A stretch of 64,000 bases of DNA, taken from positions 237,956,001-238,020,000 of the forward strand of contig NC_086098.1 in assembly GCF_963921235.1 (NCBI RefSeq), read 5' to 3'. The position numbers and the translations under genes were made by a program. Under the pieces are notes generated by a model that saw nothing but the letters and a program-made list of their open reading frames with translations, ran no database searches and was not told the origin of the DNA. Source of the DNA: Mobula hypostoma (taxonomy: Eukaryota). This document shows positions 48,230 through 62,749 of the stretch, in pieces (within the stretch, counting starts at the first letter, position 1; every line of letters begins with the position of its first letter).

Positions 48230-51012
48230 TTACATAGCAAAGTACAGCACAGTACAGGCCCTTCGGTCCACAATGTTGTGCCGACCCTCAAGCCCTGCCT
48301 CCCACATAAGGCCCAACCTTAAATTCCTTCATATTCCTGTCTAGTAGCTTCTTAAACTTCACTAGTGTATCTGCCTCCACCACTAACTCAGGCAGTGCAT
48401 TCCAAGCACCAACCACTCTCTGAGTAAAAAACCTTTCTCTAATATCCCCCTTGAACTTCCCACCCCTTACCTTAAAGCCATGTCCTCTTCTATTGAGCGG
48501 TGGTGTCCTGGGGAAGAGGGGCTGGTTATCCACTCTATCTATTCCTTTTATTATCTTGTACACCTCTATCATGTCTCCTCTCATCCTCCTTCTCTCCAAA
48601 GAGTAAAGCCCTAGCTCCCTTAATATCTTATCATAATGCGTACTCTCTAAACCGTGCAGCATCCTGATAAATCTCCTCTGTACCCTTTCCAATGCTTCCA
48701 CATCCTTTCTATAGTGAGCCGACTAGAACTGGACACAGTACTCCAAATGTGGCCTAACCAGAGTTTTATAGAGCTGCATCATTACATCGCGACTTTTAAA
48801 CTCTATCCCTCGACTTATGAAAGTTAACATCCCATAAGCTTTCTTAACTGCCCTATCCACCTGTGAAGCAACTGTCGGGGATATGTGGACATGTACCCCC
48901 AGATCCCTCTGCTCCTCCACACTACCAAGTTTCCTGCCATTTAGTTTGTACTCTGCCTTGGAGTTTGTTCTTCCAAAGTGTACCACCTCACACTTCTCTG
49001 GGTTGAACTCCATCTGCCACTTCTCAGCCCACTTCGGCATCCTATCATTGGCTCTCTGAAATCTTTGACAATCCTCTACACTATCTACAACACCACCAAC
49101 CTTTGTGTCGTCTGCAAACTTGCCAACACACCCTGCTACCCCTGCATCCTGGTCGTGAATAAAAATCACGAAAAGTAGAGGTCCCAGAACAGATCCTTGT
49201 GGGACACCACTAGTCATAATCCTCCAATCTGAATGTACTCCCTCCACCACCACACTCTGCCTTCTGCAGGCAAGACAATTCTGAATCCACCTGGCCAAAC
49301 CTCCCTGGATCCCATGCATTCTGACTTTCTGAATAAGCCTACCGTGTGGAACCTTGTCAAATGCCTTACTAAAATCCATATAGATCACATCCACTACACT
49401 ACCCTCATCTATATGCCTGGTCACCTCCTCAAAGAACTCTATTAGGCTTGTTAGACACGATCTGACCTTCACAAAGCCATGCTGACTGTCGCTGATCAGA
49501 CGATGATTCTCTAAATGCCCATAGATTCTATCTCTAAGAATCTTTTCCAACAGCTTTCCCACCATAGACGTAAGGCTCACTGGTCTATAATTACCCGGAC
49601 TATCCCTACTACCTTTTTTGAACTAGGGGATAACATTCCCCTCCCTCCAATCCTCCGGTACCATTCCCGTGGACAACGAGGACATAAAGATCCTAGCCAG
49701 AGGCTCAGCAATCTCTTCTCTCTACTCGTGGAGCAGCCTGTGGAATATTCTGTCAGGCCCCAGGGACTTATCCGTCCTAATGTGTTTTAACAACTCCAAC
49801 ACCTCCTCTCCCTGAATATCAACATGCTCCAGAACATCAACCTCACTCATATTGTCCTCACCATCATCAAGTTCCCTCTCATTGGTGAATACCGAAGAGA
49901 AGTATTCATTGAGGACCTAGCTCACTTCCACAGCCTCCAGGCACATATTCCCACCTTCATCTCTAATCGGTCTTACATTCAATCCTGTCATCCTTTTTTA
50001 CTTCACATAATTGAAGAATGCCTTGGGATTTTCCTTTACCCTACTCGCCAAGGCCTTCTCATGTCCCCTTCTTGCTCTTCTCAGCCCCTTCTTAAGCTCC
50101 TTTCTTGCTTCCCTGTATTCCTCAATAGACCCATCTGATCCCTGCTTCCTAAACCTCATGTATGCTGCCTTCTTCCACCTGTCTAGATTTTCCACCTCAC
50201 TTGGCACCCATGGTTCTTTCACCTTACCATTCTTTATCTTCCTCAGCGGGACAAATTTATCCCTAACATTCCGCAAGAGATCCCTAAACATCGACCACAT
50301 GTCCATAGTACATTTCCCTGCAAAAACATCATCCCAATTCATACCCGCAAGTTCTAGCCTTGTACCCTCATAATTTGCCCTTCCCCAATTAAAAATTTTC
50401 CCGTCCTCTCTGATTCTATCCTTTTCAGTGATAATGCTAATGGCCAGGGAGCGGTGGTCACTGTCCCCCAGATGCTTACCCAGTGAGAGATGTGTCTCCT
50501 GACCCGGTTCATTACCTAGTACTAGATCGAGTATGGCATGACCCCTAGTCGGCCTGTCCACATACTGTGACAGGAATCCGTCCTGGATAGACTTAACAAA
50601 TTATGCCCCATCTGAACCCTTGGAACTAATCAGGTGCCAATCAATATTAGGGAAGTTAAAATCACCCATGATAACAACCCTGCTATTTTTGCACCTTTCC
50701 AAAATCTGCCTCCCAATCTGCTCCTCTGTATCTCTGCTGCTACCAGGGAGCCTATAGAGTAACTGCTCCCTTCCTGTTCCTGACTTCTACCCATACTGAC
50801 TCAAAAGAGGATCTTGCTACATTACCCACCCTTTCTGTAGTTGTAATAGTATCCCTGACCAGTAATGCCACCCCTCCTCCCCTTTTCCCCCGCTCTCTAT
50901 CCCTTATAAAACACTGAAATCCAGGAATATTAAGAATCCATTCCTGCCCTGGTGTCAGCCAAGTCTCTGTAATGGCCACTACATCATAATTCCATGTATG
51001 TATCCAAGCTCT
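48230..51012 (-). mobile_element. CR1 LINE ORF2 (APE to 3' end, ~2.8 kb); present only in unit B
   Basis: Long frames 50752-51018 (YDVVAITETWL), 49998-50561, 48723-49580 (285 aa; FSKAFDKVPHG, FADDTK) and 48288-48701. No counterpart near 12470. Confidence 0.9.
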
Positions 51013-51819
51013 CAACACAGAGATTCATTTCATTGCGGGCAATCACAGCAAATACAAGAAGAAAGGGAGAAAAAAAAAGTTCAAAATCAATTTACTATAA
51101 AAGTGCGGTAAGTCATCATACACAACCCTGGCTTTCATTGACTTGCGCGCATTGAAAGTACTTTGTACATACAATGGAAGCTATGAAAAGCTAAATACTA
51201 AGACGAACAAACAGCCAATGTGACGAATATACAAACAAACAAATAAATACATACATAAATAAATAGATGGATAAATAAACATTATTTTGCCTCACATAAA
51301 CATTCACTTCACACTTTATCTCACCTGGTTGATCTTCAGGCCATGTCACTCAGACACCTGTACTAATATCTATTTTCTGACTGCCTGTGTCGGATCGTTA
51401 CTGTATCTAATGTGTCTGGCTTTATCTACTGTGTTTTTCACCTTGAACTCAGAGGAAAGGTGGTTCGTTTGTGTACATGTGTATGGTTAATTGGCAATAA
51501 TCTGCAACATGAACTTGCACACATGACTTGAAAGAGACTCCAATTTAGAACATTTTTCTACACATGACCTCACGTTTTCCACATTTTATTCGGAATTTCG
51601 TTTTCCTTCCCATTTTTGATCTGTGAACATCAACTCAGTGATTCTGCACTGTCCTGATAACCCTGGTAAACAACAAACATGGCAATATTACACTTAGTTC
51701 CCTTGTCCAATTGTTTGGATGTACACTGTGAACAGCTGCATTTCTTTTCAAAGCGAACTCTTGAGAATCACTTTACAGGCGGCCTGCTGATAATCAACAT
51801 GCACCATGTCCGTTGATAG

Positions 51820-53990
51820 CGAATCGATCCATTCCGTAAGTTATGACACTATTACCAAGAGATCACCAAGAGATTTGCCGATAACGTTTTCTAACCCTCT
51901 TTCCCGGGTGATCTGCAGGCACTTCCTTAATGTGAGGAGAGCGAGGATATAATTGATCAAAGTTACAGGGAAGTAGTCACCCCGAAGTTGCAAGAGGCGA
52001 ACAGCTGCGTGACTGTCAGGAGAAATGGAAATGGCAGAGCAGAGTACCCCTGTGGCCATAACCCTCCAGAACAAGTATACCGCTTTGGGTACTTCTATGG
52101 AGGAAGACCACCCGAGAGAATGCCACGGCGACCAAGTTGCAGGCACTTCGCATGGGTCCGTGGTGCAGAAGGGAAAGAGAGGGAAGAAAGGAGCGGTAGT
52201 GATAGGGAACTCAATAGAGAGCGGAACAGGGGTAGCAGCAATAACGTGTGTTTCTGGGGGAAATGAGGAAGGTGCAGGACATTTATATTCCAAAAATGAA
52301 GAAATACTCAAATGATAAAATAGTGGAACCATGCCTGATATGGAAAATCAAAGCTCTTGTAAAAACATAGGAAGGGCATACAACAGTTCAAAAATTGTGG
52401 GAAGATAAAGGATTTTGAAGTTTTAAAAACTCTACAGAGAGCAACATAAAAAAAATTATTTGGAAGGGAACAGATGAAATATGAAAGCAAGCTAGCAAAT
52501 AAGCTAGCAGTGTGCGTGATGTTGCAGTGTGTGAAGGAAGAGAGAAGGTGCTAAATGCACATAAGTCACCCGAACCAAAGGAATTGCACCCGAGTGTCCT
52601 GAAAGTGGTAGCGTTAGAGACTGTGGTGACATGAAATATGACCTTTCAAAAATAATTGGACTCCGGCATGGTACCAGATGACTGTGAAATTTCAAATCTT
52701 ATTCCACTCTTTAAGAAAGGAAGAAGGCAACAGAAAGTAAATTATAGACTAATTAGCCTGACGTCAGTGTTTGGGAAGATGACAGAGTCAATTGTTAAGG
52801 ATGAGGTAATGGACTGCTTGGTGACACAGGACAACATAGGACGAAATCAGTATCCTTTCCTTCAGGGAAAATCCTGCCTGACGAACCTGTTGGAATTCTT
52901 TGAGATTGCCAGTAGGATAAAGGGGATGCAGTAGATGTTGTGTATTTAGACTTTCAGAAGGCCTTTGACAAGGTGCCACTCATGAGGCTGCTTACCAAGT
53001 TAAGAGCCCATGGTATTACAGGAAAGTTACTAACATGGTTAAAACATTGGCTGATTTGTAGGAGGCAGCGAGTAAGAATAAAATAATCCTTTTCTGGATG
53101 GCTGCCAGTGACTAGTGGTATTCCGCAGGGGTAGGTGTTGGGACCACCTCGTTTTATGCTGTATATAAATGATTTAGTTGATGGAATAAATGGCTTTGTT
53201 GCCAAGTTTGAAGATGGTACGAAGGTTCGTGGAGAGGCAGGTAGTGTTGAACAAAGGACTTAGTCAGGTTAGGAGAATGGGCAAGAAAGTGGAAAAAGAA
53301 ATATAATGTTGAAAAATGCATAGTAATGCTCTTTGGGTAGTAGAAATAAACGTGCGGCCTATTTTCCAAACGGGAAAAAAAAATCAAAGAATCTGAGATG
53401 CAGAGGGACTTGGAAGTCCTTGCGCAGAACATTCTGAAGATTACTTTCAGCTTGAGTCGGTGATGAGGAAGGCAAATGCTACGTTGGCATTTATTTCAGT
53501 CGGTGTAGAATACAAGAGCACGGGCCCTTCATCTCAGAAAGGATGTGCTGTCATTGGAGACGATCCACAGGAGGTTCACAATGATGATTCCAGGAATGAA
53601 AGGGTTATCATTCGTGGAAGGCTTAATGGCTCTGGGTCTGTACTCGCTGGAATTCAGAAGGATGAGGGGGGATCTCATTGAAACCTTTCGAATGTTGACA
53701 GGCCTAGAGAAAGTGGAAAGGACGTGTCCCATGGTGGGAGAATCTAGGACAAATGGGCACAGCCTCAGAATAGAGGGGCGCCCTTTCAAAACAGAGATGC
53801 GGAAAAATTTCTTTCGACAAAGGGTGCTGGATTTGTGGAATTTGTTTCCATATGCAGCTGTTGCGGCCGGGTCGTTGGGTGTATTTCAGGCAGAGATTGA
53901 CAGGTTTTTTTATTGGGGTTGAGGAGGAGATTTTCAAAAAGGATCAGCGATGATTGAATGCCGGAGCAAACTCGTCTGGCCAGATGGCCT
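51820..53990 (+). mobile_element. Decayed CR1 (paralog of 13230-15560)
   Basis: KKGAVVIGNSIESG; NYRLISLTSVFGKMTESIVKDEV; RRFTMMIPGMKGL..RKNFFRQRVLDLWN. Confidence 0.82.
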
Positions 53991-55913
53991 AATTCTGCTC
54001 CTGTGTCTTACGGTCTTTTTAGCCATCCCTCCATGACTAAGATCCTAAAAACATGTTCTCTTGCCTTCTCCTCTCCGCTCTCTCGCTCTCTCTCTCACTC
54101 TCTCTCTCTCTTTATCTCTCTAACTATATATATTTTGGTATTGGATATCGGTGGCTTTTTCTTGACCAAAAACACCTTCTTAGACATACCGCCTGCAAAG
54201 AGTGATAGAGTGTCACGTTGGCCTTTCGTTTACCGACGCTTTATTTATTTACTGTCGAGCGTTCCTATTCTGAATGTGAAATTGATCCAAGTTAACATTC
54301 CATCTTAACCTTTTTCCTACATACTTATTTTGGTAGTCCTGGTGGATCTTCATGTCTCCAACAACGCCACTCCAGCGGGATATAGCAAGGGTAAAATATT
54401 AGCAGACTATTTTCCAATGATATAGGGTGAGACTACAACTAGAGGTCTGGCATAAGGGAGAAAGCTGAAATGTTTAAAGCGAACTTCGGGAGAAGCTTCT
54501 TCACTCAAAGGATGGTGAGAGTGTAGAAAGAGTTACCAGCAGTTGTGATGGATGAGGGTCGATTTTAACATTTAACAGAAATTTGGATGGAGGGCGGGGT
54601 ATGCATGCCAATGGTCCGGGTGCAGAATGACGGGGACTAACCATATTAATAGTTCGGAACGGACTAGATGGACCGAAAGGCGTGATTCGGTGTTGTGGTG
54701 CTCCATTACGTTATGACATTCCATGTTTATTTTAATCACGACCTCAGCACTTTGGGGCACAAACAACAAATGTCACGACATATGGCAGTGATATTATACC
54801 TGATTCTGTTGCTGATCATCACTCAACGAAGGATGTTATTAACAGTGAGTGACGTGTGGGACATCAAATCTCCGTTCTCTTGTCCATGATTTAGTTCATC
54901 ACCACCCAGCCTTCATTCTGCCACCACCTTAGGATACTGAGCAATAGATGAGAAGAAATGTCATCGAATTAAAAGTTCGAACTATGTGAGACGATAACAA
55001 CGGTTATCAATTAACGCCACTGTGAAACATCGGCCTTTGTTATTTGTGAAATTTATCCTGCAGTTTGGGTTGTGTAAGTCTTGTTCTATTGATTACCTCT
55101 TGTTAGATAATTGAAGATGGTGATTAAAGTATGACCACGTGTCGTTCATAACCTGGGATATGGTAATTCTCCCTCAACCCCGTCCTGACCGTAGGACACT
55201 GATCAGTCCAGTTAACTTCTCCCTCATTCAGTCAGGGGCTTTCAATTTTCTCACCCAGGGCCCCATGATTTTTTTTAGTCGCTGATCAGAGTCGAGCATG
55301 GGACGGATAGATGGATAGGGTCGGACTGTCTGTGTTGTGAGCGGCACTGATGCAGCTGCGGACCGCGTCATCTCCCCACGGGACCGGGACGGGGTTTGCA
55401 CAGCCTTTATTTAGCGACAGTTGCACAAATTGATGCTGTTTCTGTCCTGTTTGTGAACTGGTGCAGGTGGCGCGGTCACGAGGTCCAGGGAAGGTGGAGG
55501 CGTTGATGAGATACGACAGAACTTTTTAAAATTCTCTCAATCTGAGAAACTGCAATAATAAGAAGAGACACATTTTGTTACTAATTCTTGAAAATAAAAG
55601 CTTACACAATTGTAATTAGTTCTGACCAGCGATGAATGGGGCGCCAGAGGGACAAGGAAACAGAGAGGTAGAATGAGTTATGGGAAACCGGAGAGACAGA
55701 GGGTGAGTCGGTGAGAGGGGGATGTGAGAGGGGGATGGGGTGAAAGGAAAAGCACTGGCAAGTGAGGCAGACTGAGTAAGATAAGAATGTGAGCGGAGAG
55801 ACTGTGTGTGAGAGATAAGAAGAGACAGTTAGGAGAGAGACGGAGGGAGGGGAGATAGAGACAAGAAGCAGAGAAAGGAGAGAGAGAGAAGAGAAAGCGT
55901 GAGGAGCGAGGGG

Positions 55914-55916
<3 letters not shown>

Positions 55917-55948
<32 letters not shown>
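55917..55948 (+). repeat. (GT)16 microsatellite at the end of a GA-rich tract
   Basis: Direct reading; much shorter at the paralogous site ~17058. Confidence 0.95.
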
Positions 55949-55949
<1 letters not shown>

Positions 55950-57289
55950 AGAAAGAGAGAGAGAAATAGGAGGGTGCAGGAGATGATGATTCAGCCCTGT
56001 GTCTGATAAATGTATAGCTTTGAGAGTGGGGAACAGAAAACTCATGACAGGAACATAAGGGTTTGAGAATAGCCCGGAGGGTGATCATGGGCTCGGTATC
56101 TCTCTCCATCTCTGAATCAACCCGCAGCATAATATAACCATATAACCATTACAGCGCGGAAACAGACCATCTCGGCCCTTATAGTCCGTGCCGCACTCTG
56201 CTTCTCACCTAGTCCCACTGACCTGCACTCAGCGCATAACCTTCCATTCCTTTCCTGTCCATATAGCTGTCCAATTTAAATTTAAATGACAACATCGAAT
56301 CTGCCTCAACCACTTCTGCTGGAAGCTCGTTCCACACAGCTACTACTCTCTGAGTAAAGAAGTTCCCCTTCATGTTACCCCTAAACCTTTGCCTTTTAAC
56401 TCTGAACTCGGGTCCTCTTGCTTGAATCTCCCCCACTCTCAATGGAAAAAGCCAATCAACGTTAACTCTATCTATACCCCACATAATTTTAAATACTCTA
56501 TCAAGTCCCCCACAACCTTCTACGTTCCAAAGAATAAAGACCCAACTTGTTCAACCTTTCTCTGTAACTTAGGTGATGAAACCCAGGTAACATTCTAGCA
56601 AATCTTCTCTGTACTCTCTCTAATTTGTTGACATCTTTCCTATAATTCGGTACCAAAACTGTGCACAATACTCCAAAATTGGCCTCACCAATGCCTTGTA
56701 AAATTTCTACATTACATCCCAACTCCTATACTCAATGCTCTGATTTATAAAGGCCAGCATAACAAAAGATTTCGTCATCACCCTGCCCACATGGGATTCC
56801 ACCTTCAGGGAACTATGCACCATTATTCCTAGATCCCTCTGTTCTACTGCATTCTTCAATGCCCTACCATTTACCATGTATATCCTATTTTGATTAGTCC
56901 TACCAAAATGTAGCACCTCACATTTATCAGCATTAAACTCCATTTGCCATGTTTCAGCCCACTCTTCTAACTGGCCTAAATCTCTCTGCAAGCTTTGAAA
57001 ACCTACTACATTATCCACAACTCTAACTATCTTCGTATCATCTGCATACTTACTCATCAAATTTACTCCCCCATCATCCAGATTATTCATGTATATGACA
57101 AATAACATTGGACCCAGCACAGATCCCTGAAGCACACCGGCCTCCAATATGACAAATAGTTATCAACAACCACTCTCTGGCGTCTCCACACAGCCACTGC
57201 TGAATCCATCTTACTACTGCAATATTAATACCTAAATATTGAATCTTCCTAACCAACCTTCCATGTGGGACCTTGTAAAAGGCCTAGCT

Positions 57290-58797
57290 TGTCATGGACC
57301 GGTCCGTGAGGTCCGCATTCCGGTTCACGTTCCGGTCTGTGGAATCAGGACTCCGGGTCTTCCAGCTGTCCCTTGTTTTAGTTGAGTTAATCATAGGTAC
57401 CTGATTCCCATCTTGGGCTTGGAATATAAGTAGCCTTGGGGATGACTGTGGGCTGCTGGTTGGTCTTGTCAAGATTCCCTGGGAGCAACCTGCCGGGGGA
57501 AGGCTACAGCGGCCACTTGCCATCTTTAGGCCTCGTTAGAGAACCATCGCTTCATGGAACCTTGCTGTCGGTAGTCGGAGCCGTCTTTGCGGTATGGATT
57601 CGGCCGTTTGCCGGGCCAGCTGAGTGGCCGTCAGCCACTCCGAGCTAGGTAGGGAAAGCGGCTGTTTCCATAGACAGCCTAGGTTGCTGGCCGTAACTGT
57701 GACTCGGAGCAACCGCGATGCAGAGATGGGACTGACTGTCGTTCTTTGGTGTTTTTCTCTTCTTATCCTCGCCTCCGTGCAGTAAGTCAGGCCGTTTCGC
57801 CGTTGCCTTGCGGGGGGATCTGTCTTGTCTTGTCCTCGCCTCCGTGGGGTAAGTCAGTGCGCTCTGCGGTTGCCTTGCGGGGGAACCTGTTTGTCTTGTC
57901 TTTGCGTCTATTGGGTAAGTCCGGCCATTCTGCCGTTACCCGACGCAGGGACATGTCCCACGTTGGTGTGGAGATGAAGTTGAATCCCGGCCTGTCTAAG
58001 GATAAGTCCCAGCTCTATGTCTATGTTCTGTCCGGTCTCATGCTGGTGTCATATTAAAAATGAATTCCGGCTTTTCGAAGGATAAGTCCTGGCTCTTATG
58101 TTTATGTACAGTTCCCAGTCTGTCTCCGAATTCCAGCCTCCGAGTTATCAGCCTCCGCATCTGAAGACCTAAAACCCCAGCCTATCTCCCAGCTCAAGCC
58201 TCAAGACCCCAGCCTGCCTCCCAGCTCAAGCCTCAAGACCCCAGCCTGTCTCCCAGCTCAAGCCTCAAGACCCCAGCCTGTCTCTCAGCTCAAGCCTCAA
58301 GACCCCAGCCTGTCTCCCAGTTCAAGCCTCAACACTCCAGCCTCTCTCCCAGCTCAAGCCTCAAGAACCCAGCCTGTCTCCCTGCTCAAGCCTCAAGACC
58401 CCAGACTGTCTCCCAGCTCAAGCCTCAAGACCCCAGCCTGTCTCCCAGTTCAAGCCTCAAGATCTCAGCCTGCCCCCCATTTCAAAGCTCTAGACCCCAG
58501 CCACGTCCTGTCCTGTAGTCATGTCATGCCCTTGCCTGGTTCTGGGGCCCAACCCGAGGCAAGACGCAGGGTATGGGTCCTTGTCCAGTCTCTGGCTCGG
58601 AGCCCAAGCCCAGGCTCCTAGTGCATAGTTCCTTGTCCGGGGTCCCTGTCTTCTCCATGTGCTAGTCCAAGACTACTTTCTTGTCCCTGCTCCTTGCCTG
58701 TGTCCTGTCACGTCAACACTCTAGTCAAGTCCTGTTCCGTGTACTTCAGTGTCTGTGTCTTGCATTTGGGTCCGCATCAAGGCCTTCCTTTGTGACA
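57290..58797 (+). mobile_element. Solo LTR (paralog of 18368-19744)
   Basis: TGTCATGG...TGTGACA termini; right flank TTACT. Confidence 0.78.
58174..58500 (+). repeat. 32-bp minisatellite, ~10 copies
   Basis: ACCCCAGCCTGTCTCCCAGCTCAAGCCTCAAG at a 32-nt period from 58174. Confidence 0.92.
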
Positions 58798-61700
58798 TTA
58801 CTGAATTCCACATAGACAACATTCACCACTTTACAATCGTGAACTTTCCTAGTAACCTCTTCAAAAAATTCAATAAGATTTGTCAAACATGACCTTCCTC
58901 GTACAAATCCATGTTGACTGTGCCTAATCAGATCCTGTCTATCCAGTTAATTACATATACCATCTCTAAGAATACTTTCCATTAATTTACCTGCCACTGA
59001 CTTCAAACTCACAGGCCTATAATTGCTAAGTTTGGTCTTAGAGCCCTTTTTAAACAGTGGAACAGTATGAGCAATACGCTAATCCTCCGGCACCATCACA
59101 GTTTCTAATGACATTTGAAATATTTTGTCAGAGCCCTTGCTGTTTCCACACTAACTTCCCTCAAGGTCCTAGGGAATATCCTGTCAGGACCCGGAGATTT
59201 ATCCTCCTTTACATTCCTTAAAAGCTCCAGTACCCCCTCTTCTTTAATCATCATAGTTTCCATAACTTCGCTACCTGTTTCCCTTATCTTACACAATTCA
59301 AATTCCTTCTCCTTAGTGAATACCGAATAAAACAAATTGTTCAGAATCTCCACTATCTCTTTTGGCTCCACGCATCACTGTTCACTCTGATTCTCTGAGG
59401 GAAATTTTATCGCTCACTATCCTTTTGCTATTAATATAACGGTAGAACCTAAGTATTTTCACCTTACTTGCCAAAGCAACCCCATATCATCTTTTAGCTT
59501 TTCTAATTTCTTTCTTCAGATCCTTTTTACATTCTTTATATTCCTCGAGCACCTCATTTCCTTAATGCTGCCTATATTTATTATAGATATCTCTCTTTTT
59601 CCGAACCAAGTTTCCAATATCCCTCGAAAACCATGCCTCTTTCAAACGTTTAACTTTTGCTTTCAACCTAACAGGAACATAAAGATTCTGTACTCGCAAA
59701 ATGTCGCCTTTAAGTGACTTCATTTCACTATTACATTCTTCCCATAAAACAAATTGGCCCAATCCATTCCTTCTAAATCCTTTCGCATCTCCTCAAAGTT
59801 AGCCTTTCTCCAATCAAAAATCTCAACCCTGGGTCCAGACCTATCCTTCTCCATAATTATATTGAAACTAATAGCATTGTGATCACTAAACCTGAAGTAC
59901 TCCCCAACACAAACCTTCGTCATCTGATCTATCTCATTCCCTAACAGGAGATCCAACACTGCCCCTTCTTTAGTTGGTACCTCTATAGATTTCTGCAAAA
60001 AACTATCCTGCACACATTTTACAAACTCCAAACCATCCAGCCCTTTTACAGTATGGGGTTTCCAGTCTATGTGTGGAAAATTAAAATCTCCCACAATCAC
60101 AACCCTGTGCTTACTACAAATATCTGCTATCTCCCTACAAATTTGCTCCTCCAATGCTTGCTCCTCATTTGGCCGTCTATAATACACCTTTCCCGTTCCT
60201 CAATTCCACCCAAATAGCCTCCCTAGACGAGCCCTCTAATCTATCCTGCCAGAGCACCGCTGTAGTATTTTCTCTGACAAGCAATGCAACACCTCCCACT
60301 CTTGTCCCTCCGATTCTATCATACTTGAAGCAATGAAGTCCAGGAATATTTAGTTGCCAATCAGACCCCTCCTGTATCCACGTTTCACTAATAGCTACCA
60401 CATCATACTTCCAGGTATCAATCCATGCTTTAAGCTCATCCACCTTTCTTATACTGCTCCTACCATTCAAATAAACGTATTGAAGAAATTTTCAACCTCT
60501 TAGATACTGTTTATCACTAATTGTGCAAACAACTTTACTATTTTCTTTTTCTTCCTTCTTCCCTGCATCTGTTCTTACACTGTGGTTCCCCTACCCCCTC
60601 GTGTCTAGTTGAAATCCACCGGAGTCTCTCTAGCAAACCTACCTGCAAAAATATTTGTCCCCCTCCAGTTCAGCTGTAGATCGTCCCGCCGGAACAGGTC
60701 CCACCTTCCCTGGAAAACTGCCCAATTATCTACAAATCTGAAGCCCTCCTTCCTGCACCATGTCTTCAGCCACGTGTTGAACTGCGCTATCTTACTATTT
60801 CTTAACCCGCCTGCAAGTGGCACTGGTAGAAATCCTGAGATTGCTGTCCTGGAGTTCCTGGAGGTCCTGTCCTTTAAGTTGGCTCCTAACTCCCTAAACT
60901 CACCTTTCAGGACCTCCTCACTCTTCCTACGCACGTCATTGGTCCCACGACATCCGGCTGCTCACCCTCCCACTTGAGAATACCGAGGACTAGCTCCGAG
61001 ATATCGCGGACCCTGGCAGCAAGGAGACAACAGACCATCCGGGATTCTCGATCTCTTCAACAGAACCTCTTACCTGTCCCCCTAACTATCAAATTCCCTA
61101 TTACTACTGCTCTCCTCTTTTCCCTCTTTCCCTTCTGTGTTGAGGGTCCCATCTCGGTGCAAGAGACGTAACCAATGCAACTTGTCCCTCGTAGGTCGTC
61201 CCTATCAACAGGATCCAAAACGATCTACCTATTATTGGTGGGAACGGCCACAGGGGTGCTCTGCTCATTCTGTCAATTCCCCTCCCTCTCCAGACAGTCA
61301 CCCAGCTACCTGTCTCCTGACTCCTAAGGGTGACTATTTCCCTGTAACTCCTCTCTATTTCTGCCTCTACCTCCCGAATGATCCGAAGTACATCCATCTC
61401 CAGCGCCAGTTCCCTAACTCGGTTTGTCAGGAACTGCAGCTGAATGCGCCTTTCGCAGGTTTAGTTATTAGGGACGTTTGTGCTCGCACTGACTTCCCAC
61501 ATCCTGCAAACGGATCTGAGGAAACCGATAAATATTTCAATACCGGACACACAGGGGAATATATAAGATCACGCATGGACCTCGCACACCTGCTTTGCTG
61601 TTATCCAAGATCTGAAATGGTCATAACCCTAGCACTGCCCAGCCGATAACCGCAGTGCTGAATCACGTTGGATCACATCTATCCATCCCATCCTGGAGTA

Positions 61701-62749
61701 TGGTCGGCGACTAAAAATGCACGGGGCATTTGGAGAGTACATTGACAGGCCCTGACTGAATTGAGTTAGGTCATCGTTGTTCATCCTATTCCCCCATCGC
61801 CCATCCAGAAGAAAGATTTTGCGTCCTCTTTGTAATCGACTCATTATCCTGTCTTTCGGTGTATTCACCTTTCAGTTCCCCGAACTTCCTGTGTTTCCTT
61901 TTCACAACTGTCATTACGGGTCAGAGAGCATGATCAGCCTGGGGCAATTCGATCCGAAGACACACCTGTTTCCTGTACTGAACAATTGTCATCCAACCAA
62001 AATATCCCGTCCTCAAACTCCTTGGAAAAAGCTAACAATATTTTCCTGACAGTTTATTGTACTTGGATGTTATTAACCTGCGAAGGATATAATTGATCCT
62101 TAGTTTTATTCGTTGTTACTAACTTCAAACATATTTTCTCCTTACATGTCAGTAAAATAAGTACAATAAATAATATTTATTAGAAGCCATAGGAGTCGTT
62201 CTTGTTGAGCATCACTGACAAACAACTATGACATTAATTCTCTGTCTTTGACAGCGGCGACATTTAGACTTACAGAGTTATACAGCACAGGAATAGACCT
62301 TTCTGCTGAATCTGTCCATGCCGGCCAAGTTGCCTAACTCTGCTCATCCCATTTGTATGCGTTTGACTAATGTCACCATAAAATTTTAATATCCGTCTAA
62401 ATGCCCGGATGTCTTTTAAACTGCACAATTTTACTGCCCTTTACCACTACCTCTGCAGGTTGTTGAACATATCTACCACTGGTCCTCGGATCTAAGTCTC
62501 CATGTTGGTCGTGCAACCTTCGCTTCCCTTGGGGAGAGGACTGACTCAAACACATGACCTTATCTGGCTGAATAGTGCCACACCAACAACCTCTCACTGA
62601 ATGTCAGCAAAACCAAAGAACAGTTTATTGACTACAGGGGGAGGAAGTCGGAGATCCTTCAGCCAGACCTCATCAGGAGATCAGAGAAGTTATCATTTCT
62701 GTTCAGGGTCCAGCCCACAACCGCCGTTACAAAGAAGTAACTGCAGGGC

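Larger units (their letters stand above)
56132..61510 (-). mobile_element. Near full-length decayed CR1 (paralog of 17249-22500) with the same solo LTR
   Basis: Same ORF1/APE/RT motifs, (ATATAACC)n tail and 5' truncation point. Confidence 0.9.

Noticed and set aside
58174-58500. 32-bp regularly spaced repeats resembling a CRISPR array
   Set aside because: Units are head-to-tail with no unique spacers, lie inside a vertebrate LTR, and have no cas genes: a VNTR.
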